Below, one piece after another: positions 9,815-19,966 of a stretch of 64,000 nt of DNA. The notes under the pieces are model-generated. The model was given only the letters and a program-made list of their open reading frames with translations. It had not been told where the DNA came from and did no database searches. Position numbers and translations under genes: made by a program. The stretch covers positions 1,771 to 65,770 of the forward strand of contig CAZTXB010000010.1 of NCBI GenBank assembly GCA_964617955.1, in the 5' to 3' direction. Position 1 is the first letter of the stretch. Each line of letters opens with the position of its first letter. The stretch comes from an uncultured Chitinophaga sp. (GTDB lineage Bacteria; Bacteroidota; Bacteroidia; NS11-12g; UBA9320).

Positions 9815-10139
9815 GGATTTGAAAAATTAATCTTAATTATAGAATTTACTTCTACCAAAAAACCTGGTGCTAACTCAGTACCGATTAGCTTTTGCTTGAG
9901 CTTGAACTGCTTTCAGTTTGATAAAATAAAGCCTTAAATTAGAATGATATAACTGGTATCGAAGCAGGGTTTATCCAAAATCAAATGTAAACTCTGGCAT
10001 GATATTGATAAGCCTGAGCACAATTCTTGCAAAATTGTGTGTATTTCCTTGTCTGGTATCACTGCGGTCAATTACATAAAAAATACTAACTCATGATTTT
10101 AATCACCATTCTCAATCTGCTAATAAATAAATTTGCAGT

Positions 10140-11219
10140 ATGCATAAGTCGCTCATCTATGTGTTTTTCATCCTGCTCATGGCATGTGGTTCGAAAACAC
10201 AAAAAATCAAACCCGATGTTGAATCCATCTCTGAGTCGGTTTACGCCTCAGGTTTGCTTAAGAGCAAAAACCAATACTCGGCCTTTGCCCAAGCCAATGG
10301 TATCATTCGGGAGGTATTTGTAACGGAAGGCGACTCGGTATCCATCGGAACCCCTTTGTTAGCAATTGCCAACCAATCCCAGAAATTAAACAAAGAAAAT
10401 GCCGAATTGGCTGCAGGCTATGCCGATTTTGTGGCCAATGAAGGTAAATTGAACGAGGCGAGGTCTTTAATTGAGGTGAATGCGAGCAAATTGAAGTTGG
10501 ATTCTGCCCTTTATTTCCGTCAAAAGTTACTTTGGAAACAGGGCATCGGTACTTTGGTAGAATTGGAACAACGGGAACTGGCCTATAAAAGTTCGAAAAG
10601 CGTATACCAATCGTCGCTCATAAAATACAACGACTTAAAACGACAGCTATCTTTTAATTCGGCACAAGCCAGAAAAAACCTCTCTATTGCGAGCAATTTG
10701 GAACAGGATTTTATTGTGAGAAGCGAGATCAATGGAAGGGTTTATTCTCTCAGCAAAGAAAAGGGTGAAATGGTAACGTCTCAAACACCCCTCGCCATTA
10801 TAGGAGATGGCAGCCACTTTATCCTCGAAATGAAAATTGATGAGTTCGACATCGTAAAAATTAAAAAAGGCTTAAAGGTTTTGGTAACGCTCGAAAGTTA
10901 CAAGGGCAGGGTATATGAAGCCAGGATTTCCAAAATTAACCCAATTTTGAACGAAAGGAGTAAAACGCTGGATGTAGAAGCGGAATTTATTACGGTACCA
11001 CCGGTTTTATATCCCAACATCAGCTTTGAGGCAAATATTATTATACAGGCAAAGGACAATGTGCTGCTCATCCCAAGGGAATATTTGGTGAATGACTCCT
11101 TCGTTATGAAAGCCGATGGCAAAAAAATACCCGTGATCACCGGACTAAAGGATTATCAGAAAATTGAAATTATTTCAGGATTGAATAAAGGCGATGAAAT
11201 CATCAAACCAAAGGAATGA
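10140..11219 (+). CDS. HlyD-family periplasmic adaptor (membrane fusion) subunit of an ABC-type efflux system
   Basis: 359 aa. Lipoprotein-like signal peptide (MHKSLIYVFFILLMACGS), a biotin-lipoyl-like hairpin, a coiled-coil region and a beta-barrel C-terminus. It overlaps the downstream permease gene by 4 nt. Confidence 0.85.
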   Translation: MHKSLIYVFFILLMACGSKTQKIKPDVESISESVYASGLLKSKNQYSAFAQANGIIREVFVTEGDSVSIGTPLLAIANQSQKLNKENAELAAGYADFVANEGKLNEARSLIEVNASKLKLDSALYFRQKLLWKQGIGTLVELEQRELAYKSSKSVYQSSLIKYNDLKRQLSFNSAQARKNLSIASNLEQDFIVRSEINGRVYSLSKEKGEMVTSQTPLAIIGDGSHFILEMKIDEFDIVKIKKGLKVLVTLESYKGRVYEARISKINPILNERSKTLDVEAEFITVPPVLYPNISFEANIIIQAKDNVLLIPREYLVNDSFVMKADGKKIPVITGLKDYQKIEIISGLNKGDEIIKPKE

Positions 11220-12475
11220 AATACAAGCTTCTGATTAACATTTCCAAGTTCTTACTTTTGGCACGTTTCAAACAAACCTTGGTCGCGGCCATTGGGGTAA
11301 CCTTTAGCATCACCATGTTTATAACCTTGTTGAGTTTTATGTCGGGATTAAATGATATGCTCGACAGTTTAATCATTAACAGAACTCCACACATACGTCT
11401 GTACAATGAGATAAAACCAAACAAGAGCCAACCCGTAAACGAAGCCCCGGAGTATAAAAGAGGTCATAATTTTATTCATTCGGTGAAGCCTAAGAACGAA
11501 AAAGCTGAAATTTATAACAATGCAGCCATTATTAAGGCTTTAAAACAAGACGAGAGGGTGCTGGGAATTGCTCCTAAAATTACTGCACAGGTTTTTTACA
11601 ATGTAGGCGCTACTGACATTACGGGTATAATTAATGGGATAGACGTTGAAGAAGAAAATCGGCTGTTTCTCTTTAAAGATTATGTTACTGAGGGTCAATT
11701 CATCGATTTGAAAAACACCCCCAACAGCATTGTTTTGGGTAAAGGTGCTGCCGAAAAAATGCTTTCCAATGTTGGCGACATCATACAGGTTACCACCTCT
11801 CAAGGAGAACGGCTTCAGCTTAAGGTGGTTGGGTTCTTTCAATCCGGTTTGCAGGATATTGATAAAGTGCATAGTTATGCCTCGATCCTTACCACACAAA
11901 AGTTGCTTGGGGAGTCAAACAGCTATGTTACCGATATTCAAGTGAAATTAAAAGATATTAAACTCGCTCCTGAGTTGGCGGCCTATTACGCTAAGCTCTT
12001 CGATGTGGATGCCATCGATATTCAAACCGCCAATTCGCAATTTGAAACAGGAAATTCGGTACGGACCCTCATTTCCTATGCCGTTGGCATTACCCTTCTC
12101 ATTGTCGCAGGCTTTGGCATCTATAATATTTTAAACATGATGATTTATGAAAAAATGGATTCCATCGCCATTCTGAAAGCCACGGGGTTTTCTGGGAAAG
12201 ATGTCAACCGCATTTTTATTTTTATTGCCTTGAGCATTGGCATATTTGGAGGGGTGTTTGGCTTGTTGTTTGGTTTTGGTCTTTCCAGCATTATCGATCA
12301 GATTCCCTTCAATACAGCCGCCTTGCCTACAATTAAAACATTTCCAATCCATTACAATCCCAAATTTTATTTAATTGGGGGTATTTTTTCACTCATCACC
12401 ACCTATTTTGCTGGATATTTTCCTTCAAGAAAGGCCAGTAAGATAGACCCGGTTATTATTATCAGAGGAAAATAA
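11216..12475 (+). CDS. ABC transporter permease, FtsX/MacB-like
   Basis: 419 aa. An N-terminal TM helix, a large periplasmic domain and a C-terminal FtsX-type 3-TM bundle (MIYEKMDSIAILKATGFSGKDV...). Lies between the adaptor and ATPase genes. Confidence 0.85.
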   Translation: MKYKLLINISKFLLLARFKQTLVAAIGVTFSITMFITLLSFMSGLNDMLDSLIINRTPHIRLYNEIKPNKSQPVNEAPEYKRGHNFIHSVKPKNEKAEIYNNAAIIKALKQDERVLGIAPKITAQVFYNVGATDITGIINGIDVEEENRLFLFKDYVTEGQFIDLKNTPNSIVLGKGAAEKMLSNVGDIIQVTTSQGERLQLKVVGFFQSGLQDIDKVHSYASILTTQKLLGESNSYVTDIQVKLKDIKLAPELAAYYAKLFDVDAIDIQTANSQFETGNSVRTLISYAVGITLLIVAGFGIYNILNMMIYEKMDSIAILKATGFSGKDVNRIFIFIALSIGIFGGVFGLLFGFGLSSIIDQIPFNTAALPTIKTFPIHYNPKFYLIGGIFSLITTYFAGYFPSRKASKIDPVIIIRGK

Positions 12476-12476
12476 T

Positions 12477-13157
12477 ATGTCGGAAATTATTCTTGAGGCC
12501 AACAGCATTTCAAAATCGTTTCACGACCCGGTTACCGTAAAGGTTTTGAAGGATATCACTTTTTCAATCCGCAGTGGCGAATTCGTTTCGGTAATTGGCA
12601 AATCCGGCTGCGGAAAATCTACTTTGCTTTATATTCTCTCCACCATGGATACTGACTATGAAGGCGAATTAACAATTTCCGGACAAAGGATGAGGGGTAA
12701 AAAGGAAGCGGAATTAGCAAGGGTGAGAAATGAAAAAATTGGTTTCGTATTCCAGTTTCACTACTTGCTTAATGAATTTTCGGTATTGAAAAACGTTATG
12801 CTTCCGGGACTAAAATTAGACCTCTTGAGTGCTTCCGAAATTGAGGACAGGGCCTATCATAAACTTAAAATATTAGGCATAGAAAGCGAGGCTCATAAAA
12901 TGCCCAATCAATTATCGGGTGGTCAAAAACAAAGGGTAGCTATAGCCAGAGCACTTATTAATGACCCCATCATTATTATGGGTGATGAGCCTACGGGGAA
13001 CCTCGATAAAAAAAACAGTGAAATTGTTTTTGATATTTTCAAGGAGCTCTCTGAGGTTTACAATCAATCCCTGCTTATTGTAACACACGACACAGAGTTT
13101 GCCGAAAGAACCAACCGCATTATAGAAATGGAAGATGGGAGAATCATTAAAATGTAG
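12477..13157 (+). CDS. ABC transporter ATP-binding protein (MacB/LolD-type)
   Basis: Walker A GKSGCGKST, ABC signature LSGGQKQRVAIARAL, Walker B IIIMDEPTGNLD and an H-loop THD. Confidence 0.9.
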   Translation: MSEIILEANSISKSFHDPVTVKVLKDITFSIRSGEFVSVIGKSGCGKSTLLYILSTMDTDYEGELTISGQRMRGKKEAELARVRNEKIGFVFQFHYLLNEFSVLKNVMLPGLKLDLLSASEIEDRAYHKLKILGIESEAHKMPNQLSGGQKQRVAIARALINDPIIIMGDEPTGNLDKKNSEIVFDIFKELSEVYNQSLLIVTHDTEFAERTNRIIEMEDGRIIKM

Positions 13158-13210
13158 CTTTGGACTTGGTTTAGATTATTTGAATCCAGGCTCACCTTAA
13201 CTCCTCAGGC

Positions 13211-14413
13211 TTATTCAATGCCCATTTTCTTTTTTAGCTCTTTAGAAATAGAGTCTTTATGAACCATTATGTCGGTAGTTTTATACCTTATATAAGCCTC
13301 TGAGGCAAATAAATAACCATCGCAATCGTTGCTTTTTGCTCCCCATGAGTTTTTTACCCTGTAGTAATTTTTGCCGTTCTGGTCAGTATAAATACCCACA
13401 ATATGCATTCCATGGTCATCGGTGGTTTGGTAATTATCAAACGCCAATTGCCGGCTTTGCTGGGTAATTACCCTCTCAAGACAAGGTGCATCGAAAGCCG
13501 TACCCGATTTATCAGCACCGGCATTGTTAAAATATTTACTGTCGCTGCCTTTCTTAATGATGGCCGTATCGTCCTCGGGCACTATAGCCAAACCATTTTT
13601 AAATGAAAAGCCTTTTTCAGAAACATCTGTAGCCCAGGCCACCGTGAAACCCTTTTTTAAAGAACTGTTTACAATGTCCATCATTTCATCCAATGGCACA
13701 TTATAAATCGATTGACTCGCCCAATTGTCCTCAACCTCCAACACAAATTTTTCATAAAACGGATGATGTGTAAAGGAGCCAAGGTATACATAATCTTCCA
13801 TTTTTAATCCCAGGGAAGTGGCGAATTCTTTGGGGGTATATTTTTTTCCCTGATAAGTAAAATTTTCAGGAACGGCGCCTAAGTAAGCATCAACCACAGA
13901 TGAAAAGGCTTTTTTCCAGCTGGGTGTGATGGTTTTTTGCGGATTCTCCGTCACTGTTTTTACCATGCCGGTGAGCATGGCCTCCAACTCACTGTGGTTG
14001 TGTTTTTCCGTGCCATAATTAAGTCCGGCATAAACCTCTTCGGGCATAATGCCATGTTTTTGAATAACATAGGGGATGTCATGAAAGGCTCCGCCCTGAC
14101 CAAAATTCGATTTTCCATGCATACGAACGTACTTTTCGGCCTTATCAATATAGGCATTTCTGACCACAAACATCTCACTGAGGTTGTGTTTGCCCTTGCC
14201 CATTCTTATGAGCTCTGATTCAAAGAATGAAAGCGCCGAAAAGCTCCAACAGGTGCCTGTGCTGCTCTGATCCTGAACAGGCGTAGCATCTAAATTTAAG
14301 ACTTTGGTAAACAGATATCCCCCTCCTTTTTTATTTCGAAGGGTATCCTGTGCTCTGATTTGAGAACATAAAGAGAAACAGATTAAGCCGGAGAGAACTA
14401 ATGATTTTCGCAT
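13211..14413 (-). CDS. Secreted papain-family (C1) cysteine peptidase, aminopeptidase C/bleomycin-hydrolase-like
   Basis: Catalytic Cys context QDQSSTGTCWSFSALSFFESE plus His/Asn-region motifs. Signal peptide MRKSLVLSGLICFSLCSQIRAQ; I placed the start at the internal Met (14413). The track start is 14434. Confidence 0.8.
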   Translation of the reverse strand: MRKSLVLSGLICFSLCSQIRAQDTLRNKKGGGYLFTKVLNLDATPVQDQSSTGTCWSFSALSFFESELIRMGKGKHNLSEMFVVRNAYIDKAEKYVRMHGKSNFGQGGAFHDIPYVIQKHGIMPEEVYAGLNYGTEKHNHSELEAMLTGMVKTVTENPQKTITPSWKKAFSSVVDAYLGAVPENFTYQGKKYTPKEFATSLGLKMEDYVYLGSFTHHPFYEKFVLEVEDNWASQSIYNVPLDEMMDIVNSSLKKGFTVAWATDVSEKGFSFKNGLAIVPEDDTAIIKKGSDSKYFNNAGADKSGTAFDAPCLERVITQQSRQLAFDNYQTTDDHGMHIVGIYTDQNGKNYYRVKNSWGAKSNDCDGYLFASEAYIRYKTTDIMVHKDSISKELKKKMGIE

Positions 14414-14536
14414 TTTTAAATTTTCGACAAACATAAAATAATTAGTTTTTCAAGAAAGAGAGTTTTAGACCAATAATGGATAGAAAAGGTTAAAGTGAAG
14501 CCATTGTTGTACCTTTGATTCTGAAATGGTCGAAGT

Positions 14537-15535
14537 TTGCTTTTAGAAAAAGAAAAAATTGAAGTACCACCTGATTTATTGACAGACACTTTCGGCCGGG
14601 TGCATGACTATTTGCGCATTTCACTAACCGATCGTTGCAATTTGCGGTGTACTTATTGCATGCCCAGCGAAAAGATGAATTTTGCCAAAAATTCATCCTT
14701 GATGAACACAGAGGAGATCATCACAATAGCTTCAGTTTTTGTTCATTTAGGCGTTAAAAAAATCAGACTTACCGGAGGAGAACCTTTAGTGAGAAAAGAC
14801 GCCGGGTCCATCATCGAAGGATTAAGTCGCTTGCCTGTGGAGCTCACCTTAACTACCAATGCTACCAAAACCCACAATTTTGTGGAAGTCTTCAAAAAGG
14901 CCGGCATCGCCTCCATCAATGTGAGTCTGGATACACTCAAGGAGGAAAAGTTTTTTAAAATTACCCGCCGTCCCGACTTTAACCTCGTGTGGAATAACAT
15001 CCTGGAATTGGTGCGGCAAGGTTTTCATATTAAACTGAATATGGTGGCTATGGAGGGGGTAAATGACGACGAGATTATTGATTTTGTATGCCTGACAAAG
15101 TTGCTCCCCATTCATATTCGCTTCATTGAATTTATGCCCTTTCCGGGCAATGATTGGAGAAGGGAAAGGGTTTTAACTTACATCGAAATGCTTGAAAAAC
15201 TCGAAGAGCGTTTTGACGTAGAAAAATTGCATGATGAAAAGCATTCCACAGCCAAAAAATACAAGGTACGTGGTTATGAAGGTACTTTTGCATTCATCAA
15301 TACGGTCACCCTTCCGTTCTGTGGCGATTGCAACCGGTTAAGATTGACGGCGGACGGCAAAATGAAGAATTGCCTGTTTTCAAAGGGTGAGTTTGATTTG
15401 TTAACACCCTTGCGTCAAGGTTTGGACATTGATCACTTGATTAAAGCGTGTTTAATGGAGAAAAAGGCTCAAACCGGAGGTCAGGATTTTTCAATACCAA
15501 CCCAAAACCGGAGTATGATTGCTATAGGAGGATAA
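14537..15535 (+). CDS. moaA: GTP 3',8-cyclase (molybdenum cofactor biosynthesis protein A)
   Basis: Radical-SAM CNLRCTYCMP cluster motif preceded by LLTDTFGRVHDYLRISLTDR, and a C-terminal MoaA twitch-domain cysteines (CGDCNRLRLTADGKMKNC). Predicted TTG start. Confidence 0.85.
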   Translation: MLLEKEKIEVPPDLLTDTFGRVHDYLRISLTDRCNLRCTYCMPSEKMNFAKNSSLMNTEEIITIASVFVHLGVKKIRLTGGEPLVRKDAGSIIEGLSRLPVELTLTTNATKTHNFVEVFKKAGIASINVSLDTLKEEKFFKITRRPDFNLVWNNILELVRQGFHIKLNMVAMEGVNDDEIIDFVCLTKLLPIHIRFIEFMPFPGNDWRRERVLTYIEMLEKLEERFDVEKLHDEKHSTAKKYKVRGYEGTFAFINTVTLPFCGDCNRLRLTADGKMKNCLFSKGEFDLLTPLRQGLDIDHLIKACLMEKKAQTGGQDFSIPTQNRSMIAIGG

Positions 15536-15544
15536 TATGGACTA

Positions 15545-16423
15545 TCAGCCGGTTTCCTGAATAAGAGAGATAAAATTTCCAATGAATTTACGCTCTCTTA
15601 AATTGTATTGATCCCCGTCGACCATTACATGTACCACTAAATTTTCGAGCGATATGGGACTGCCTTCCGGAATGTCGGCAATGTTTGAATGTCTGATTTT
15701 ATGCCCGTCGATAATAATGACGCAACCGCTGCCAATGGCTTCAAAATAATTTCCCTCTTTAATGATTAAGCCGGTATCCTCTCCTAAACCCAAACCAATA
15801 CACATGGGGTTGCAGCCTACTGCCTGGGCCAAACGGCCAAACCTACCCCTTTTTTCGAAATGGGAATCGATAATTACATTTTGAATAAAGGCCAAACCTG
15901 TTGTAATTTTTACTTCGCCTTTCAGGTGAGCCGTCGTACTGTTGCCTTGATATATCATGGTATTGCTCATTGCCATAGCTCCTGCACTTGTGCCGGCAAC
16001 TACAAACTCTTCGTGTTCGTAGCGCTCATGAATAATAGCCATCAATTCCGTTCCACCCAGCAAGGTGGTAAGTCGAAGCTGATTACCGCCAGAAAACATG
16101 ACCCCATCGCAGGCCCTAATCCGCTCCAAAAATTCAGGGGTATCGGCATCCTCTCTGCTTTTAATGTGAATAACGCCCACATTGTCGCAACCAATTTTTC
16201 CAAAAGCCTGTATATAATTGTCACCGACTTCTTCAGGAATAGAGGAGGCGGTAGTAATCACCTCGATATGAGAATGCGTGTCGCCAATTTCGCCAACAAT
16301 GCGTGTAAGAATACCCAACTCAAAAAAATTGGCGTTGTTTTTATGGATTAAATCAGGCAACTCTTCATTGCCTTTATCTTCCGCACCTCCAATTGAAATT
16401 AATTTTCCCTTCGGTATCATCAT
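15545..16423 (-). CDS. cphB: Cyanophycinase (peptidase S51)
   Basis: 292 aa. N-terminal KLISIGGAEDKG, Ser-nucleophile context VVAGTSAGAMAM and His/Glu region match CphB. It is arranged divergently from cphA. Confidence 0.85.
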   Translation of the reverse strand: MMIPKGKLISIGGAEDKGNEELPDLIHKNNANFFELGILTRIVGEIGDTHSHIEVITTASSIPEEVGDNYIQAFGKIGCDNVGVIHIKSREDADTPEFLERIRACDGVMFSGGNQLRLTTLLGGTELMAIIHERYEHEEFVVAGTSAGAMAMSNTMIYQGNSTTAHLKGEVKITTGLAFIQNVIIDSHFEKRGRFGRLAQAVGCNPMCIGLGLGEDTGLIIKEGNYFEAIGSGCVIIIDGHKIRHSNIADIPEGSPISLENLVVHVMVDGDQYNLRERKFIGNFISLIQETG

Positions 16424-16640
16424 TAAGTGGGTTCAAATATAAATATATTAATGTATTGTAAATTTTAAATTAGGTCAAGGTTATCATTCCAAATAAAGGG
16501 TTTGTATTTGCTATTCAAAGAGGAATGCGCCTATATGCGCTAAATAAAGCGAAAAGGTTTTTTTTTACCCCTGCCTCAGATTTCTCAAACATGTTAAATC
16601 TTAAAATTAAAAATATAACTTGCCCATCAGAAAAAACGGT

Positions 16641-19274
16641 ATGAAAATTATTGATATTAAAGTGATGAATGGTCCAAATTACTGGAATGTTTCAAGGCAT
16701 AAACTGATTGTGATGAGGTTGGACCTGGAAAATTTGGAAGAACGACCTACTAACAAAATAGAAGGATTTTCAGAACGCATCGAAAAAATGTTTCCGAGCA
16801 TGTATTCGCATCGCTGTTCGCCTGGAGTGCCAGGTGGTTTTTTTACCCGCGTAAAGGATGGCACCTGGATGGGTCACGTTATTGAGCACATTGCCCTTGA
16901 AATTCAAACCTTAGCCGGTATGGAATGTGGGTTTGGCCGAACCAGAGAAACTTCCACCAAAGGGGTTTACCATGTGGTGTTCAGTTATTACGAAAAAAAG
17001 GCAGGAATATTTGCTGCCAAAGCTTCGGTGGCCATTGCCGAGGCTTTAATATCAGGAGCTGATTACGACCTAGAGGCCGATATACAGGAGCTGCGCGAAA
17101 TACGCGAAAACGACCGATTGGGCCCGAGTACAGGGGCCATTGTAGACGAAGCGGTAAAGAGAAAAATACCCTTTATTCGATTGAATAACCGCTCCCTGGT
17201 TCAACTCGGTTATGGCGTTAATCAAAAAAGAATACAAGCCACCATTGCCAGCACCACAAGCAGCATTGCAGTTGAAATTGCATGCGACAAGGAAGACACC
17301 AAGAATTTATTAGAGAGTGCCGAAATCCCAGTACCAAGAGGTAAAATTTGTTATGATGTAGAGGATTTGCAGACGGCAGCCGAAAAATATGGCTACCCCT
17401 TGGTTACCAAGCCTGTGAATGGAAACCATGGCAAAGGAGCCACCACAAACCTCACCAATTGGGAAGATCTCCTCATAGGTTTTGAGGCGGCTCAAAAATA
17501 CGGAAGGGGAATTATCGTTGAAAGGTTCATAACCGGTTATGACCATCGCATCCTGGTAATCAATTATAAATTTATTTGTGCTGCCAAACGAACACCTGCA
17601 GCCGTAATTGGCGACGGAAAGCAAACCATTCAGCAGCTCATTGATGAGGTGAATTCCGATCCAAGACGAGGATACGGGCATGAAAAAGTATTGACAAGCA
17701 TCAAGGTAGATCATTTTACCCAAAACATTTTAACTGAAAAAAATCTAAGCCTCGAAAGTGTGTTGCCCAAAGGCGAAGAACTGTGGCTTAAACCAACGGC
17801 TAATTTAAGCACCGGCGGAACAGCAACTGACATCACGGATCATGTACATCCCAGCAACGTATTTATGTGCGAGCGCATAGCTCGAATTATAGGATTGGAT
17901 ATATGTGGCATTGATATCATGGCTCCTGACCTTAGCACCCCTCTTAGTGAAAACGGTGGGGCGGTGTTAGAAGTGAACGCCGCTCCGGGTTTCAGAATGC
18001 ATCTGGATCCAACCGATGGACTGGGTCGTAATGTGGCAGAACCGGTTATTGATATGTTGTATCCTCCGGGATCCACAGCCAGAATTCCTATTATCGCCGT
18101 TTCGGGTACCAATGGAAAAACTACGACTACAAGGCTGATGGCTCATATATGCAAGCAAATAGGATACAAGGTAGGCTTTACCACTACCGATGGGGTGTAT
18201 ATACAAAATGAATTGATGGTGAGAGGCGATTGCACGGGTCCGGTTTCAGCCGAGTTTGTGCTCAAGGACCCAACGGTAGATTTTGCGGTGTTGGAATGCG
18301 CCAGAGGAGGAATACTCCGGGCCGGACTTGGTTTCCACAATTGCGATATGGCGATTGTGACCAATATTGCTGCCGACCACCTGGGACTTCAAGGCATTGA
18401 CACCCTTGATCAATTGGCCAGGGTAAAGTCGGTGGTGCCCAGAACAGTTTTACCCGAGGGTTATGCCATATTAAATGCTGACGACGATTTGGTTTATGCC
18501 ATGCGAAAGGATGTGGAATGCAAAATTGCCCTCTTTAGTATGGATGAACATAACCCTAGAGTCCTTGAACATTGTAAGGAAGGCGGTTTAGCTGCAGTTT
18601 ATGAGAACGGTTTTGTAACCATTATCAAAGGCGACTGGAAAATCAGGGTTGAAAAGGTGACCAATATTCCCCTTACATTCGGCGGTAAAGCTGAATTTAA
18701 TATTGCCAATACCCTTCCGGTGGTGATGGCTTCCTATCTAAGAAACTTTAAACTGGAAGACATCCGCCTGGCTTTACAAACTTTTATTCCATCGCCGGCC
18801 CAAACTCCAGGAAGAATGAATATGTTCCATTTCAACAATTTTACAGTAATGGTTGATTATGCCCACAATACAGCCGGTCTTACCGCCCTTGGAAAATTTT
18901 TGAGCAAAATTGAGAGTCCGAGAAAGATTGGGGTGATTGCAGGGGTTGGCGACAGAAGAGACGAGGACACCATTTCACTTGGGGTTGAAGCCGCTCATTT
19001 ATTTGATGAGATTGTGATACGGCAGGATAAAAATTTACGGGGCAAAAGCGGGCAGGAAATCATCGACTTAATTACCAAAGGCATTCATTCGGTCGACCCG
19101 GATAAAATAGTGAAGGCCATACCCATTGAAAAAGAGGCCATTGATTATGTTATTGGCAGTGCCTCTAAAGATTGCTTTATTACCATTTGCAGCGATGTGG
19201 TTCCGCTGGCCCTGGATATGATTATAAGTTTAAAGGAAGCAGAAGATACTTTGGCGGTAAGGAAAGGGTATTGA
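16641..19274 (+). CDS. cphA: Cyanophycin synthetase
   Basis: The N-terminal MKIIDIKVMNGPNYWN is a CphA hallmark. Central ATP-grasp domain and C-terminal Mur-ligase domain with P-loop VSGTNGKTTTT. I took the ATG at 16641 as the start; the track lists an upstream TTG at 16620. Confidence 0.9.
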   Translation: MKIIDIKVMNGPNYWNVSRHKLIVMRLDLENLEERPTNKIEGFSERIEKMFPSMYSHRCSPGVPGGFFTRVKDGTWMGHVIEHIALEIQTLAGMECGFGRTRETSTKGVYHVVFSYYEKKAGIFAAKASVAIAEALISGADYDLEADIQELREIRENDRLGPSTGAIVDEAVKRKIPFIRLNNRSLVQLGYGVNQKRIQATIASTTSSIAVEIACDKEDTKNLLESAEIPVPRGKICYDVEDLQTAAEKYGYPLVTKPVNGNHGKGATTNLTNWEDLLIGFEAAQKYGRGIIVERFITGYDHRILVINYKFICAAKRTPAAVIGDGKQTIQQLIDEVNSDPRRGYGHEKVLTSIKVDHFTQNILTEKNLSLESVLPKGEELWLKPTANLSTGGTATDITDHVHPSNVFMCERIARIIGLDICGIDIMAPDLSTPLSENGGAVLEVNAAPGFRMHLDPTDGLGRNVAEPVIDMLYPPGSTARIPIIAVSGTNGKTTTTRLMAHICKQIGYKVGFTTTDGVYIQNELMVRGDCTGPVSAEFVLKDPTVDFAVLECARGGILRAGLGFHNCDMAIVTNIAADHLGLQGIDTLDQLARVKSVVPRTVLPEGYAILNADDDLVYAMRKDVECKIALFSMDEHNPRVLEHCKEGGLAAVYENGFVTIIKGDWKIRVEKVTNIPLTFGGKAEFNIANTLPVVMASYLRNFKLEDIRLALQTFIPSPAQTPGRMNMFHFNNFTVMVDYAHNTAGLTALGKFLSKIESPRKIGVIAGVGDRRDEDTISLGVEAAHLFDEIVIRQDKNLRGKSGQEIIDLITKGIHSVDPDKIVKAIPIEKEAIDYVIGSASKDCFITICSDVVPLALDMIISLKEAEDTLAVRKGY

Positions 19275-19381
19275 GAGCGAAGTTGTAAAGGCAGATAATA
19301 CTAGCTTATTTTACCGGCAAAACCATCAAAGATTTAACTTTTTAGACAGAAATTCTTAAATTTGAATCATAGAATAAGGCT

Positions 19382-19612
19382 ATGACAAAGCGAACCATAA
19401 TTGAAAAAACCGTAAAAATCATCCATCAACTGCCTAAAGAGAAAGCGGAAGAGATTTTCGATTTTGCTGACTTTCTTATTAAACGACATGAAGAGAAAGG
19501 TTTAATTAAAGACATTCAAAATGTTTTGGAGGAGAGTGAATCATTTGAGTTCTTAAATTATGAAGAAGACCTTTATTCTGTGAATGACCTAAAGGAAAAG
19601 TACAATGAATAA
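19382..19612 (+). CDS. Putative antitoxin (DUF2281-like) of a MazEF-type type II TA pair
   Basis: 76-aa acidic small protein overlapping the downstream MazF/PemK-like gene by 8 nt. Confidence 0.5.
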   Translation: MTKRTIIEKTVKIIHQLPKEKAEEIFDFADFLIKRHEEKGLIKDIQNVLEESESFEFLNYEEDLYSVNDLKEKYNE

Positions 19613-19925
19613 AGGGGATATCGTGCTGGTGACATTCCCGTTTACCAATCTCAGTGGTAGTAAACTTCGCCCGGCTGTGATACTTTTTCAAACAACACTT
19701 GATTTCACAGCTTGTTTTATTACAACACGAATGGAATGGAAAGAACCAACTGATGTTTTGCTTATTCCAAGTCAAACAAATGGACTAAGAAAAGAGTCCC
19801 TTATACGCAGCAGTAAAATAGCTACCCTCGAAAGACAATTAGCAAAAGGCCTGTTAGGCAAACTCAATGAAAATGAGATTAAGGATTTGGACGATAAACT
19901 CAAAACGCTCTTTCAATTGACATGA
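19605..19925 (+). CDS. Type II toxin-antitoxin system PemK/MazF family toxin (mRNA interferase)
   Basis: 106 aa. The N-terminal GDIVLVTFPFTNLSGSKLRPAVIL motif is the canonical MazF/PemK beta-barrel start. Confidence 0.75.
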   Translation: MNKGDIVLVTFPFTNLSGSKLRPAVILFQTTLDFTACFITTRMEWKEPTDVLLIPSQTNGLRKESLIRSSKIATLERQLAKGLLGKLNENEIKDLDDKLKTLFQLT

Positions 19926-19966
19926 CCTTATAGGACCATGCTGGAAAGGCAACAAAAGTCCTTGCT

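Noticed and set aside
10093-10323. 76-aa ORF overlapping the start of the HlyD-family gene
   Set aside because: It is in a different frame from the adaptor gene, which has a convincing lipoprotein signal peptide starting at 10140.
13158-13210. Possible terminator between the convergent ABC ATPase and C1 peptidase genes (CCAGGCTCACCTTAACTCCTCAGGC)
   Set aside because: Only a short imperfect stem and no flanking U tract on either strand.
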